DNA of 64,000 bases from Alphaproteobacteria bacterium BRH_c36 (GTDB taxonomy: Bacteria > Pseudomonadota > Alphaproteobacteria > Rhizobiales > Hyphomicrobiaceae). The notes beneath the pieces are model-generated. The model did no database searches. It saw only the letters and a program-made list of their open reading frames with translations, and was not told where the DNA came from. Shown here one piece after another: positions 50,512 to 60,198 of the stretch. The stretch covers positions 1,232 through 65,231 of the forward strand of contig LOEV01000150.1 of assembly GCA_001516065.1 (NCBI GenBank), in the 5' to 3' direction. Position 1 is the stretch's first letter. Every line of letters starts with the position of its first letter. The position numbers and the translations under genes are program-made.

Positions 50512-51914
50512 CTGTGGTGTCCGGGAGTACTGTCCAGAAGCGTCTCACCGTCGATTCGGACGTCGCGCGCAAATCGCTCGTGCCCACCCGAGTGGCCGTT
50601 CCGGTGCTGATTGCGCTCTATATCGCGATATTGGTTCTGCCCGTCACCGCTGCCTGGCTCCAAGAGCTGCCGCCGCGAAAGTGGCAGGACGACCTGTCGT
50701 CAGGGCTCGCCATGTGTGCTTTCGCCGGCATCATGATGGAGTTTCTGCTCTCCGGGCGCTTCCGGTTCGTATCCAGCTATATCGGCATCGACACGACGAT
50801 GCGCGTCCACCAGCTGATAGCCCGGACGCTCACGATCACGGTCCTGGTCCATCCGTTCCTCTACGTTACCGGGACACCCAACTATCCGATGCCATGGGAT
50901 ACGACGCGGCAGGCAAGCGTCGATTTCGGCCCGACCTGCGTGCTGACAGGTCTGATCGCGTGGCTGGCGCTGATAATCGTGGTCGCAATGGGAATCTTCC
51001 GGGAGCAACGTGGCGGCAGCTACGAGGCATGGCGAGCTTCCCACGGAATCGGCGCTGTCGTCGTCGCCGTGTTCGGAACGGTTCATGCGCTTGAGGCAGG
51101 CCGCTACAGCGCGGATGCGTTTCTTGCCTGGTTCTGGATCGCGATGCTCGCCATGGCGATGTTCACCCTCGCGTGGGTCTATCTCGTCAAGCCGATCTGG
51201 CAACGACAGAACCCCTACACGGTGCGCTCGGTGCGCCGGATTGCCGACAGAACATGGGAACTCGTCGTTGCGCCAGCGCGGGGCGACGTCATCCCGTTCG
51301 AGGCTGGACAGTTCGTCTGGCTCAACGTCGGGCACAGTCCATTCTCTTTGAACGAGAATCCCTTTTCGATCGCTTCGGCGCCGACCGAGTGCGGCCAACT
51401 CGCCTTCGTCATCAAGGAGGTGGGGGATTTCACGCGCAGTATCGGCAAGGTCGAGCCTGGAGCCGAGGCGTTCATTGATGGGCCGCACGGGAACATGACG
51501 ATTGCGGGACGGAACGCTAGCGGCATAGCGCTGTATGCGGGTGGCGTGGGTATCGCGCCCATACTTTCGATTCTCCGGGATCTTCGCGATGGCGGTGACC
51601 TGCGCCCTGTGCTGTTACTCTACGGAAATCGCGCGGAAGAGCAGATCGTCTATCGCGACGAGCTGCAGGAGATGACGCTGCTGCTCGATCTCGAAATCGA
51701 GCACTTCCTCTCCGAGCCGCCCGAGGGGTGGAATGGCCGGTCGGGCATGATCGACGAGGCGGCATTGGATGAGGCCTTCGAGGGGCGCGATGTGGCAGTG
51801 TTGCTGCATGTCATATGTGGCCCGCTACCGATGATCGAGAGCATCGAGGCGGCGCTGCTTGCGCGAGGCGTCCCCAGCCGGCAGATCATTTCAGAACGCT
51901 TCTACTACGACTGA
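50508..51914 (+). CDS. ferric-reductase-like transmembrane domain plus FAD/NAD-binding oxidoreductase
   Basis: TM His residues, GQFVWL, NPFSIAS, AGGVGIAP, ICGP, ERF. Confidence 0.9.
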   Translation: MTVVSGSTVQKRLTVDSDVARKSLVPTRVAVPVLIALYIAILVLPVTAAWLQELPPRKWQDDLSSGLAMCAFAGIMMEFLLSGRFRFVSSYIGIDTTMRVHQLIARTLTITVLVHPFLYVTGTPNYPMPWDTTRQASVDFGPTCVLTGLIAWLALIIVVAMGIFREQRGGSYEAWRASHGIGAVVVAVFGTVHALEAGRYSADAFLAWFWIAMLAMAMFTLAWVYLVKPIWQRQNPYTVRSVRRIADRTWELVVAPARGDVIPFEAGQFVWLNVGHSPFSLNENPFSIASAPTECGQLAFVIKEVGDFTRSIGKVEPGAEAFIDGPHGNMTIAGRNASGIALYAGGVGIAPILSILRDLRDGGDLRPVLLLYGNRAEEQIVYRDELQEMTLLLDLEIEHFLSEPPEGWNGRSGMIDEAALDEAFEGRDVAVLLHVICGPLPMIESIEAALLARGVPSRQIISERFYYD

Positions 51915-51922
51915 GGTAAGCC

Positions 51923-52009
51923 ATGACGCAGAGAAGGAGAATACTGACAACGGTCTATGGGGTGAGTGCCGCCATCTTCGTGGTTTCGATCGCATTTGCA
52001 CTGCGGTGA
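51923..52009 (+). CDS. candidate 28-aa single-TM peptide (or frameshifted remnant)
   Basis: GAGGT SD; MTQRRRILTTVYGVSAAIFVVSIAFALR. Confidence 0.45.
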   Translation: MTQRRRILTTVYGVSAAIFVVSIAFALR

Positions 52010-52118
52010 CGGCGAGTGACGGCGAGCGGTTGGCGGTCGCTGTCGCCCGTCTGGAGGTCGGTGCGCGGGTGCATCGCCACTCGTGCCGTTCGTCTTGAAA
52101 CTGAGCTACAGGCAAAGA

Positions 52119-53195
52119 TCACGCACCCGCCATCTGATAGCCCGGGGTCGACTTCATCAGCGCGATTTCTTCGTCTGTCATGACTTCCTCGATGTTTTCG
52201 AAGAGGGGGGTCGACAGGTAGCGCTCGCCGGTATCTGGCAGCATGGCGAGGATGACGGAGCCCTGCGGAGCCTTCTCGGCAACCTGCATGGCCGCGGCAA
52301 TGGACGCGCCGCCGGAGACGCCCGTCAGGATGCCTTCGCGGGCCGCAAGTTTGCGCGACCATTCCATACCGGCCGGACCGGAGACGGGAATGAGTTCGTC
52401 GTAGCCGCCGTTGTCGATTGCTTCCTGCAGCACGAAGGGAATGAAGTCGGGGGTCCAGCCCTGGATCGGGTGCGGTTCGAATGCGGAATGGCCGACAGCG
52501 GGAGCGCCATCTTCACTGCGCTCCTGCCCGATGCCGCTGCCGATAAGCTGAGCGTTCGCCGGCTCGCTCAAGATGATTCTGGTCTCGGGACGTTCCTTGC
52601 GCAGTACGCGGGCGACACCGGTCACCGTGCCGCCGGTGCCATAACCGGTGACGAAATAATCGAGCCGCTTGTCCTTGAAGTCGGCGATGATTTCAGCCCC
52701 TGTGGTGTTCTCGTGGACGGTGGCGTTGTCGGGCGACTCGAACTGGTGGGCGAGGAACCAGCCGTTCGCCTCAGCCAACTCGACGGCCTTCCGGTACATC
52801 CCGAAGCCCTTGAGTTCGCGCGGCGTCAGAACGACTTTCGCGCCGAGGAAGCGCATCAATTTCCGGCGCTCGATGGAGAAGCTTTCAGCCATTGTCAGGA
52901 CCAGCGGATAGCCCTTGGCGGCGCAGACCATCGCCAGGCCGATGCCGGTGTTGCCGCTGGTCGCCTCGACCACGGTCTGGCCGGGGCGCAGGTCGCCGCG
53001 CCGCTCGGCTTCCTCGATGATGGAGATGGCGAGGCGATCCTTCACCGAGGCTGCGGGATTGAAGAACTCCGCCTTGACGTAAAGCTCGACGTGCCGGGGG
53101 GCGAGGTTGTTGACGCGGATGCAGGGTGTGTTGCCGATCGTGTCGACGACGCTGTCGTAGAGTCTGCCCTGTCCGCGGGTGGTTCTCGGGGTCAT
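52119..53195 (-). CDS. cysK: cysteine synthase (PLP-dependent)
   Basis: NPAASVKDR, ATSGNTG, GTGGT, PDTGERYLST. Confidence 0.9.
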   Translation of the reverse strand: MTPRTTRGQGRLYDSVVDTIGNTPCIRVNNLAPRHVELYVKAEFFNPAASVKDRLAISIIEEAERRGDLRPGQTVVEATSGNTGIGLAMVCAAKGYPLVLTMAESFSIERRKLMRFLGAKVVLTPRELKGFGMYRKAVELAEANGWFLAHQFESPDNATVHENTTGAEIIADFKDKRLDYFVTGYGTGGTVTGVARVLRKERPETRIILSEPANAQLIGSGIGQERSEDGAPAVGHSAFEPHPIQGWTPDFIPFVLQEAIDNGGYDELIPVSGPAGMEWSRKLAAREGILTGVSGGASIAAAMQVAEKAPQGSVILAMLPDTGERYLSTPLFENIEEVMTDEEIALMKSTPGYQMAGA

Positions 53196-53482
53196 AGGAT
53201 AGCTCCACTGATTTAGTATGTGTCAGCTTCAATTGGGCAGGTGCTGGTCGGTCACCGCTGGCCTGCCGGACAGTTCGCAACAGGCGCCACTGTCTAATCG
53301 TGTACGTTATCTGTACTCTCGTTCAATGGGAATGCAGTTTCTGTTCTAAAATGCTGGGTCCAGGCTCGCTGGCAGCTAAGTATCGGGTGGCTGCGGGCTG
53401 AGCGCATGGGCCGGCATTACCGCAATAGCAGATGGCAGGCCGGCCCAATCATATCCGAAATCGCAACGGTAAAGTAATGCCG

Positions 53483-53923
53483 TCACTGCTTTCCATCGAT
53501 CGTGCTGGCGATCATGGTGCAAAGGCGTCTCATCACCGAATAGCCTGAACGCGTATCGCCGTCGAGGATATCGAGAAGCTGGTCTCCGTTGATGGAAAGG
53601 ATGTTTGAATCCTCCAGGCACTGGGCGGTACCGATACGTCGGTTGTGTTCGGGCACCAGCGCAACCCAGCCAAAAACCCTGGAACGGTCCATAACGCGTT
53701 GAACATTGAGAAACTCAAGCCCGCTCTGACTGATGAACGTGACGATCCCATCGACGAGTATGTAGAGGTTCGCGGCATTATCGCCGGGCTTGTAGAGAAT
53801 CTGTCCCTTTTCTAGGTTTAGTTCGACGGCAATATTGGCGACTGCGGTAAGAGTTTCATCCGTGCACCCTTCAAAGAGCGTTATCTGTGCGAGTGCGTCT
53901 TTCACCTGATCCTTTGAATGCAT
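53483..53923 (-). CDS. stand-alone cyclic-nucleotide-binding domain protein
   Basis: LFEG...KGQILYKPGD...LYILVDG...FGWVAL; no HTH; AGGAG SD. Confidence 0.8.
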   Translation of the reverse strand: MHSKDQVKDALAQITLFEGCTDETLTAVANIAVELNLEKGQILYKPGDNAANLYILVDGIVTFISQSGLEFLNVQRVMDRSRVFGWVALVPEHNRRIGTAQCLEDSNILSINGDQLLDILDGDTRSGYSVMRRLCTMIASTIDGKQ

Positions 53924-54009
53924 GCTGAAGCTCCTGAAAAACAGCCCGGTCACGGGCTCCTCATTTTTGCGCCTACTCGCGGGGGCGCGCAAATAAAGGC
54001 GCAGTATTA

Positions 54010-54023
54010 TTGATTAGCCTCAA
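54010..54023. promoter_or_regulatory. FNR/FixK-like box (one mismatch)
   Basis: TTGATTAGCCTCAA between divergent genes. Confidence 0.55.
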
Positions 54024-54109
54024 GCTATCCGCGCCGATCAGCCGCCTTGCTCCAACTGTCCGCCCGGCATTAGCGGATTGCAAACGAAATCCTGAGAGAC
54101 TGCCTCGTT

Positions 54110-54568
54110 ATGAGCCAGTCGTATCTTGTCCAGGAAGCGCCGCCGATGTGGTGGCTGGAACCCATCGATCCGGACGCCGTCGAAGAAGACGTCGTCAGCG
54201 GCGAGGATGTCCTGCGGCTTGGCGATCATGCTGTGCGTCTTGACGATATCGCTTCCTACAAGGTCAACGAAGTCGCCGAACGCGACGTCGACGGGCTGAT
54301 GCTGAACGCGGCCGTCTTCTTTGTTGCGGCCTCGGTGTTCCTGATTGGCGTCCTGCAGTTTGGATGGCTTGAGCGGTTCCTGATCGGCTTCGTGTTGCTC
54401 ACCGTGCTCGGCGTGGCGAGCCTGGCTGAGGTCGTGGGACTAAACAAGATCAGCTATCTGCAGCTTACCGTCTTCACGCGTTCGGGACGCGCGGTGCAAT
54501 TCACCAGCGTCGATCCGCGCGACGTCGGACGGCTGACCGGCTTCCTGTCCCAGATCGTGCGGCGTTAA
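54110..54568 (+). CDS. DUF6232-like 2-TM membrane protein
   Basis: beta-rich N-terminus, two TM segments, C-terminal LTVFTRSG. Confidence 0.6.
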   Translation: MSQSYLVQEAPPMWWLEPIDPDAVEEDVVSGEDVLRLGDHAVRLDDIASYKVNEVAERDVDGLMLNAAVFFVAASVFLIGVLQFGWLERFLIGFVLLTVLGVASLAEVVGLNKISYLQLTVFTRSGRAVQFTSVDPRDVGRLTGFLSQIVRR

Positions 54569-54638
54569 TACCGGCCCGCCGGATCGCGGCTTTATGTCGG
54601 CGGGCAAAAGAGCTAGCGTGCGCCCCGGTTCCATTCCG

Positions 54639-54767
54639 CTGGTGTTCCGACTTAGACGCTTCGTTCCAAGCGCCTCCGCCGCGACACCAACCAACTCCAT
54701 GATTGTGTTCTGTCACTACCCCTTGGCGGGCTTCGCCCGGAATCAAGCGTTAGATCCAGAACACCAG
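54639..54767. repeat. ~130-bp intergenic repeat with terminal inverted repeats (copy F)
   Basis: CTGGTGTTC...GAACACCAG ends; aligns with 42227-42359. Confidence 0.8.
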
Positions 54768-54782
54768 TAGAAACGCACCCAC

Positions 54783-56144
54783 ATGAACCCTATTGTCCGC
54801 TTCGCGCCGAGTCCCACCGGGCTCATCCACATCGGCAACGTGCGCACGGCTCTTCTGAACTATCTTTTCGCGAAAAAATCAGGCGGCAGGTTTATCTTGC
54901 GCTTCGACGATACCGACTCAGAGCGTTCGCGCGAAGAATACGTCAAAGCCATCCGCGAGGACCTTGGCTGGCTTGGGCTTGAGTGGGACGAGGAAGTGCG
55001 CCAGTCGCAGCGCCTTGACCTGTACAATGCGGCGGCTCAAAAGCTCACAGCAGCAGGCCTGCTTTACCCCTGCTATGAGACGCCCGATGAACTCGACCGG
55101 CGCCGGCGGCGGCAACTGGCGCGCGGATTGCCGCCGATCTACGACCGGGCGGGACTTATGTTAAGCGTAGACGAGCGGGTGGCCTATGAGGCCGAAGGGC
55201 GCAAGCCGCACTGGCGCTTCCGGTTGCCGAACACGGCGAACGAGGAGGATGTGAGCCCGCAGCCGACGCTCGTCCAATGGGACGATTTGATCAGGGGACT
55301 GGTGAGCGTCGATCTAGGGTCGCTGTCGGACCCGGTGCTGATCCGCGAGGACGGTAGCCATCTCTATACGTTCTGTAGCGTCGTCGACGATGCCGATCTC
55401 AACGTCACGCACATCGTGCGCGGGGAGGATCACGTCACCAACACGGGCGTGCAGGTGGCGCTGTTCGAGGCGCTGGGCAGCAGCGCGCCGGCTTTTGGGC
55501 ATCACAGCCTGCTGGTGGGGGCCGACGGCAAGGTTCTTTCGAAGCGGCTCGGGGATCTTTCGATTGCCCGAATGCGCGAAGACGGTCTGGAACCGATGGC
55601 GGTTGCAAGCCATGCAGCGCTGATTGGGACATCGGACGCGATCGAGCCGCATGGCTCTCTGGAATCGCTGGCTGTACTGTTTGATCCGGCGAAAATCTCA
55701 ACCGCACCGGCCAGATTCGACCTCCAGGAACTTGCAGGGCTCAATGCTAAGCTGCTGCACGGTCTCGATTACAGTGAAGTCGCCGGTCGGCTTGATGCCC
55801 TGGGCGTCAGGGGCGGGGAAGCGTTCTGGCTGGCGGTGCGCGGAAACCTGGAGCGGTTGTCGGAAGCGGCCGGCTGGTGGCAGGTCGTTTCGGGCGATAT
55901 CGAGCCGGCCGGCGAGCGCGACGCCGAATTCCTGAAGGCGGCTGGCGAGGAGCTCCCTGCGGAACCCTGGGACGGCGACACCTGGGGGACCTGGACCGCT
56001 GCCGTCAAATCGCGGACCGGGGCAAAGGGGCGGGCGCTTTTTCACCCCTTGAGGTTGGCTTTGACGGGCCGCGAAAAGGGTCCGGAACTCAATGTTCTGC
56101 TGCCACTGATCGGTCGCGAACGGGTGCTCAAGAGGCTCGGCTGA
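54783..56144 (+). CDS. gltX: glutamate--tRNA ligase
   Basis: [22 protein letters not shown]. Confidence 0.96.
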   Translation: MNPIVRFAPSPTGLIHIGNVRTALLNYLFAKKSGGRFILRFDDTDSERSREEYVKAIREDLGWLGLEWDEEVRQSQRLDLYNAAAQKLTAAGLLYPCYETPDELDRRRRRQLARGLPPIYDRAGLMLSVDERVAYEAEGRKPHWRFRLPNTANEEDVSPQPTLVQWDDLIRGLVSVDLGSLSDPVLIREDGSHLYTFCSVVDDADLNVTHIVRGEDHVTNTGVQVALFEALGSSAPAFGHHSLLVGADGKVLSKRLGDLSIARMREDGLEPMAVASHAALIGTSDAIEPHGSLESLAVLFDPAKISTAPARFDLQELAGLNAKLLHGLDYSEVAGRLDALGVRGGEAFWLAVRGNLERLSEAAGWWQVVSGDIEPAGERDAEFLKAAGEELPAEPWDGDTWGTWTAAVKSRTGAKGRALFHPLRLALTGREKGPELNVLLPLIGRERVLKRLG

Positions 56145-56263
56145 ACGTCGTCCGGGAGGCGGCTCCAATGCGCGCCGCGGCAAAAAATTAGATCAGCCGT
56201 TAGAGCAATTCCTGTAGTGCTTTTGGGATCCATATTTGGATCAACGACTGGGGCCGGCGCGGT

Positions 56264-57316
56264 TCAGCGGTAGTTTGAAGGCGAGGGGGCGGGATCGACC
56301 TGGGCGCGGTCGCCGCGAGGCTGCGGCGGGGCCGCGGGCACGGGAGCTGGGGTCTGCGGCAAGTATTCGGCCTGCTTGCACGAACAACCGTCAACGTACT
56401 TCTTACGGTAGAGGAAGGCTTCCTTGAGCTGGGTATATGGCTCGTTGGTGGAGGCCGAGACCATCTGCTCGACGCCGGCACCGGGGTTCTGGTGGTAAAA
56501 AAGCATTGCGGGCGCTGCACACTTCGACTGGCAGACTTCGGCATCGCGCTGGAAGTGATTTGGCAGCGTCGAGAAGCTGACCGGGAAGTAGTAGCCGTCG
56601 CACATCCGGACGCAGAGCGTGCGGTAGGTGGCGAAGGGCAGGGACTTATAGGAGTTGGCATAACCCGAGCCGCCTTCCTGGTCTTCCCAGAAAGGACGGA
56701 ACGAGTTGCGGTCACGGCGTTCGGCCTCGCGGGCATAATCGGCGCCGCAGTTGTTGCGGGCCAGTTCGCGGACGATCTCATCCTGATAGGAACGGCCCGA
56801 TTGCGAGGCGAGGTTCTGGCGTTCAGCTTCAAGGGCTGCCAATTGGCGGCGCTGCTCGTTGCGCTGGCGGGCGACGCGGAGGCATTGCGGCGTCTGGCGC
56901 AGTGTGCGGGAGAACAGGAATTCCTCATAGCAGCCGCCCCGGTCGAGCCGGGCTTCGGCGGAGTTCACGTCCGCGCGCAGTCGCGCGATGTCTGCGTCGA
57001 GCTGGGGAATACGGTTGCGGAATTGGCCGCTGTTGGCTGTTTCCTGAACTAGCCGGCGCTCGAGGTCGAGGCAGATCGAGCTGCGCGCGTTCCAGCCGCG
57101 GCCTGCCGGTCCGGGCTGAACGTAGGGGTCAGGGGCGGCGCGCGGGGGGGGCTGCTCGACCGGGCGGCGGGGTTCGTCGATCTCCCACGGCCACTTGAAG
57201 CCTTGCGAGGAGGCGGGATCGACGGCGAAGGGCAGGCACAGCGAGGCAACGGCGGCCAGAACGACGAGCGTCCGCAACCCGCTTCTATGCAATTGCCGTG
57301 GCCAAAGTCCTCGCAT
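56264..57316 (-). CDS. DUF2865-domain secreted protein
   Basis: signal peptide, coiled coil, TLCVRMCDGYYFPVS, FLYRKKYVDGCSCK. Confidence 0.85.
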   Translation of the reverse strand: MRGLWPRQLHRSGLRTLVVLAAVASLCLPFAVDPASSQGFKWPWEIDEPRRPVEQPPPRAAPDPYVQPGPAGRGWNARSSICLDLERRLVQETANSGQFRNRIPQLDADIARLRADVNSAEARLDRGGCYEEFLFSRTLRQTPQCLRVARQRNEQRRQLAALEAERQNLASQSGRSYQDEIVRELARNNCGADYAREAERRDRNSFRPFWEDQEGGSGYANSYKSLPFATYRTLCVRMCDGYYFPVSFSTLPNHFQRDAEVCQSKCAAPAMLFYHQNPGAGVEQMVSASTNEPYTQLKEAFLYRKKYVDGCSCKQAEYLPQTPAPVPAAPPQPRGDRAQVDPAPSPSNYR

Positions 57317-57353
57317 CGCACCTTCAATTCGCGGCTGTTTCCTGGAATACCGG

Positions 57354-57522
57354 CTAGTGCAGCGCATCTGACCTTTGCTACCCACGATCGGCTAGCCTCT
57401 TGATCAAACGTCAAATGCATAAGCTGCACTAGAATTATAAAGTTGCTAGTGTTTCTTAGGGTTCCGACATTTGCTCTCAAGTATGCCCAGACGGGGGGCA
57501 AATGACGGAACCGGATCACTAG
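57354..57522. repeat. two CTAG-bounded hairpin modules with 13-bp linker (locus D)
   Basis: modules 57354-57432 and 57446-57522. Confidence 0.9.
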
Positions 57523-57596
57523 CTGCCCAATACGCCACAAACATGGCATGCCGACCGGTGGCAGTGGACGAAAGCCTCCCGGCCGCCGTCGCCAGC

Positions 57597-57625
57597 TTGA
57601 CGCTGGCATGTCCGGGCTTCATAAC
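57597..57625 (+). promoter_or_regulatory. candidate sigma70 promoter for the cysS leader
   Basis: TTGACG-17 bp-CATAAC. Confidence 0.6.
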
Positions 57626-57633
57626 ACGCAGCC

Positions 57634-57708
57634 ATGGTTACATCCACGCGCCAAAGCGCGCTCGTTGCGGGCTGCGACATTGTTTGCCAGGTCGATTACT
57701 CCGGCTAG
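57634..57708 (+). CDS. candidate Cys-containing leader peptide
   Basis: [24 protein letters not shown]; ATG at about the predicted transcription start; upstream of cysS. Confidence 0.55.
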   Translation: MVTSTRQSALVAGCDIVCQVDYSG

Positions 57709-57812
57709 CTTACGGGCTGGCGGGTGATCCTTTCCGCTCCCGTACTCACTGGTGCCAGAAAGCCTCTCCCGCCGACCTGATCAAAAGGGTTCAGGAAGGG
57801 TTTAGAGGCCTG

Positions 57813-59216
57813 ATGTCTTTGACATTCTACAATACGCTTACCCGCAAGAAGGAAGCATTCGAGCCGATCGATCCGCGGAGCGTGCGCATGTATGTGTGCG
57901 GTCCGACGGTTTACGACTACGCCCATATCGGCAATGCGCGCCCGGTGATCGTGTTCGACCTGGTCTTCCGGCTACTGCGTCATGTCTACGGCGCCGATCA
58001 TGTCACTTACGTTCGCAATATCACCGACGTCGATGACAAGATCAACGCTCGGGCCGCCGAAGAGGGCTGCTCGATCCGGGATCTGACGGAGCGGACAGCG
58101 CAACAGTTCCATGCGGATATCGCGGCGCTCGGCGTACTGGCCCCGACAGTCGAGCCTCGTGCCACCGAGCATATCGAGGAGATGAAGACCCTGTGCGAGC
58201 AGCTGGTGGAGAAGGCTCACGCCTACGTCGCCGATGGCCATGTGCTGTTCGATGTTTCCTCGATGGCCGACTACGGGCGACTGTCGAACCGCAGCCTTGA
58301 GGAGATGGAGGCGGGCGCCCGGGTAGAGGTTGCACCCTATAAGAAGGGACCGATGGACTTCGTCCTTTGGAAGCCGTCCAAGGAAGGTGAACCGGGCTGG
58401 CCATCGCCATGCGGGATCGAGGGAGACGGGCGGCCCGGCTGGCACCTCGAATGCTCGGCCATGGCCGGCAAGCATCTCGGAGATGTTTTCGACATCCATG
58501 GCGGCGGGATCGATCTCGCCTTCCCGCACCACGAAAACGAGATAGCGCAGAGCCGCTGCGCGCATGACACCGACGTCATGGCACGGGTGTGGATGCACAA
58601 CGGCTTCCTGCAGGTCGAGGGCGAGAAGATGTCGAAATCCCTCGGCAACTTCATCACCATCCATGAACTCCTCGACAGGAAAACTTTCGGCGGTACCCAA
58701 TGGCATGGGCGCGTGGTGCGCTGGGCGATGCTTGGCACGCACTACCGCCAGCCCATCGACTGGACGGCGGAGCGCCTGCAGCAGGCCCGCGCGACACTGT
58801 TCGAAGTGGCGGAAATCCTGCAGGGCGTCGAACCGGCCGAAGCGCCGAACGCCGAAGTCCTGACGGCATTGTCGGACGACCTCAATACGCCGAGCGCGCT
58901 GTCGATCGTGCACGGGCTTGTGAAGTCGGCCAAGCGGAATCCCGAGAAGCGGCCGGAACTCAAGGCAACCTTGCAGTTCATGGGGTTATATGGCGATGAG
59001 ACGGTCGAGGAACTCGATCCGGGCCGAAGCGACAGCGACATCGATGCCGGCGCTGTCGAAGAGCTAATCGCGGCGCGGCTATCGGCCCGCAAAAACAAGG
59101 ACTGGGCGCAGGCGGACCGGATCCGTGATCGGCTTGCGGCGATGGGTGTCGTATTGAAGGATGCCAAGGATCAAGCGTCGGGAGAGATTGTGACGACTTG
59201 GGAAATGGCGCGATGA
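57813..59216 (+). CDS. cysS: cysteine--tRNA ligase
   Basis: [31 protein letters not shown]. Confidence 0.98.
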   Translation: MSLTFYNTLTRKKEAFEPIDPRSVRMYVCGPTVYDYAHIGNARPVIVFDLVFRLLRHVYGADHVTYVRNITDVDDKINARAAEEGCSIRDLTERTAQQFHADIAALGVLAPTVEPRATEHIEEMKTLCEQLVEKAHAYVADGHVLFDVSSMADYGRLSNRSLEEMEAGARVEVAPYKKGPMDFVLWKPSKEGEPGWPSPCGIEGDGRPGWHLECSAMAGKHLGDVFDIHGGGIDLAFPHHENEIAQSRCAHDTDVMARVWMHNGFLQVEGEKMSKSLGNFITIHELLDRKTFGGTQWHGRVVRWAMLGTHYRQPIDWTAERLQQARATLFEVAEILQGVEPAEAPNAEVLTALSDDLNTPSALSIVHGLVKSAKRNPEKRPELKATLQFMGLYGDETVEELDPGRSDSDIDAGAVEELIAARLSARKNKDWAQADRIRDRLAAMGVVLKDAKDQASGEIVTTWEMAR

Positions 59217-59255
59217 ACGGTCCCGCTTTGGGGGGCGCAAACGGAGGTAGCGAAG

Positions 59256-59681
59256 ATGACAGGGGCTTTCTCAGGGGTAGTATCGCTTGCAATGATCGGG
59301 ATTGCATTTGGCTTTGTCGGCGCGGTGATTGGCTTCCGGGGATTTTTCTGCGTCTCGGACCGGGCGCTCGTAGTGCTGCGCGGTGGCAATCGGGTTCATG
59401 ACGTGAGCGCGATGAAAGTACTGTGCGCGCAGCGCTACGATTTGCGTTGGGCGGCCTTGCTGATCGCTGTTGGGTTCGGCATGGAACTGATCAGCTCGAT
59501 CTTTCCGAATGCGACAAGCGATCCGCGTCTGTTCCTGTCGCTTCTGATTGCGCTATCGACCTATGTCTACCTGCGCGGGGCGACCATCCGACACGACGTT
59601 GCTGCGGTGCAAGACAACCTTGGAGATGTTGCCCCCCTGTCGAATCCGGCAGTCGCCCAGCTTGCGCGCGCGGCCGCCTGA
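59256..59681 (+). CDS. hypothetical membrane protein (3 TM)
   Basis: GGAGG SD; three hydrophobic segments. Confidence 0.6.
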   Translation: MTGAFSGVVSLAMIGIAFGFVGAVIGFRGFFCVSDRALVVLRGGNRVHDVSAMKVLCAQRYDLRWAALLIAVGFGMELISSIFPNATSDPRLFLSLLIALSTYVYLRGATIRHDVAAVQDNLGDVAPLSNPAVAQLARAAA

Positions 59682-59697
59682 AGAGTTTGGCAGAGCG

Positions 59698-60198
59698 ATG
59701 AGCGACAACATTCCACTGCGCCCGTATCTGGCGAAGGACACGCCGGCCTTGATTGACCTGTTCGCGCAGTCGGTCGAGGAACTGACGCAGGAAGACTACG
59801 ATGAAGACCAGCGCGCGGCCTGGCTCGCGTCGGCGCAGGATAGTGAATCGTTTGCCCGCCGTCTGGCGGCGTCAACCACACTTGTCGTTGAGATTGATGG
59901 TGAATATGCGGGCTTCGGTTCACTAAAAGATAACCGTGTTATCGACATGCTCTACGTTCACCCGTATTTCGCAGGAAACGGTGTGGGTTCCACAGTGCTC
60001 GATGCACTCGAACGGCTTGCCAAAGGTCGCGGGAGTGCAACCGTTTCGGTCGATGCAAGCGATACGGCCCAGATCTTCTTCGAGGAGCGGGGCTATGTTG
60101 CGCAGAGCCGGAATTCGGTACCGGTCGAGGACCAGTGGTTGATGAATACGACGATGACGAAGACACTTACGCCTGCCGCCAAGGACAACGCACCATGA
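59698..60198 (+). CDS. GNAT-family acetyltransferase
   Basis: DMLYVHP...GNGVGS, DASDTAQIFFEERGY. Confidence 0.9.
   Translation: MSDNIPLRPYLAKDTPALIDLFAQSVEELTQEDYDEDQRAAWLASAQDSESFARRLAASTTLVVEIDGEYAGFGSLKDNRVIDMLYVHPYFAGNGVGSTVLDALERLAKGRGSATVSVDASDTAQIFFEERGYVAQSRNSVPVEDQWLMNTTMTKTLTPAAKDNAP

Noticed and set aside
57471-57812. 114-aa N-terminal extension of CysS in the ORF track
   Set aside because: It runs through a repeat, a promoter and the leader; the canonical start is [11 protein letters not shown] at 57813.
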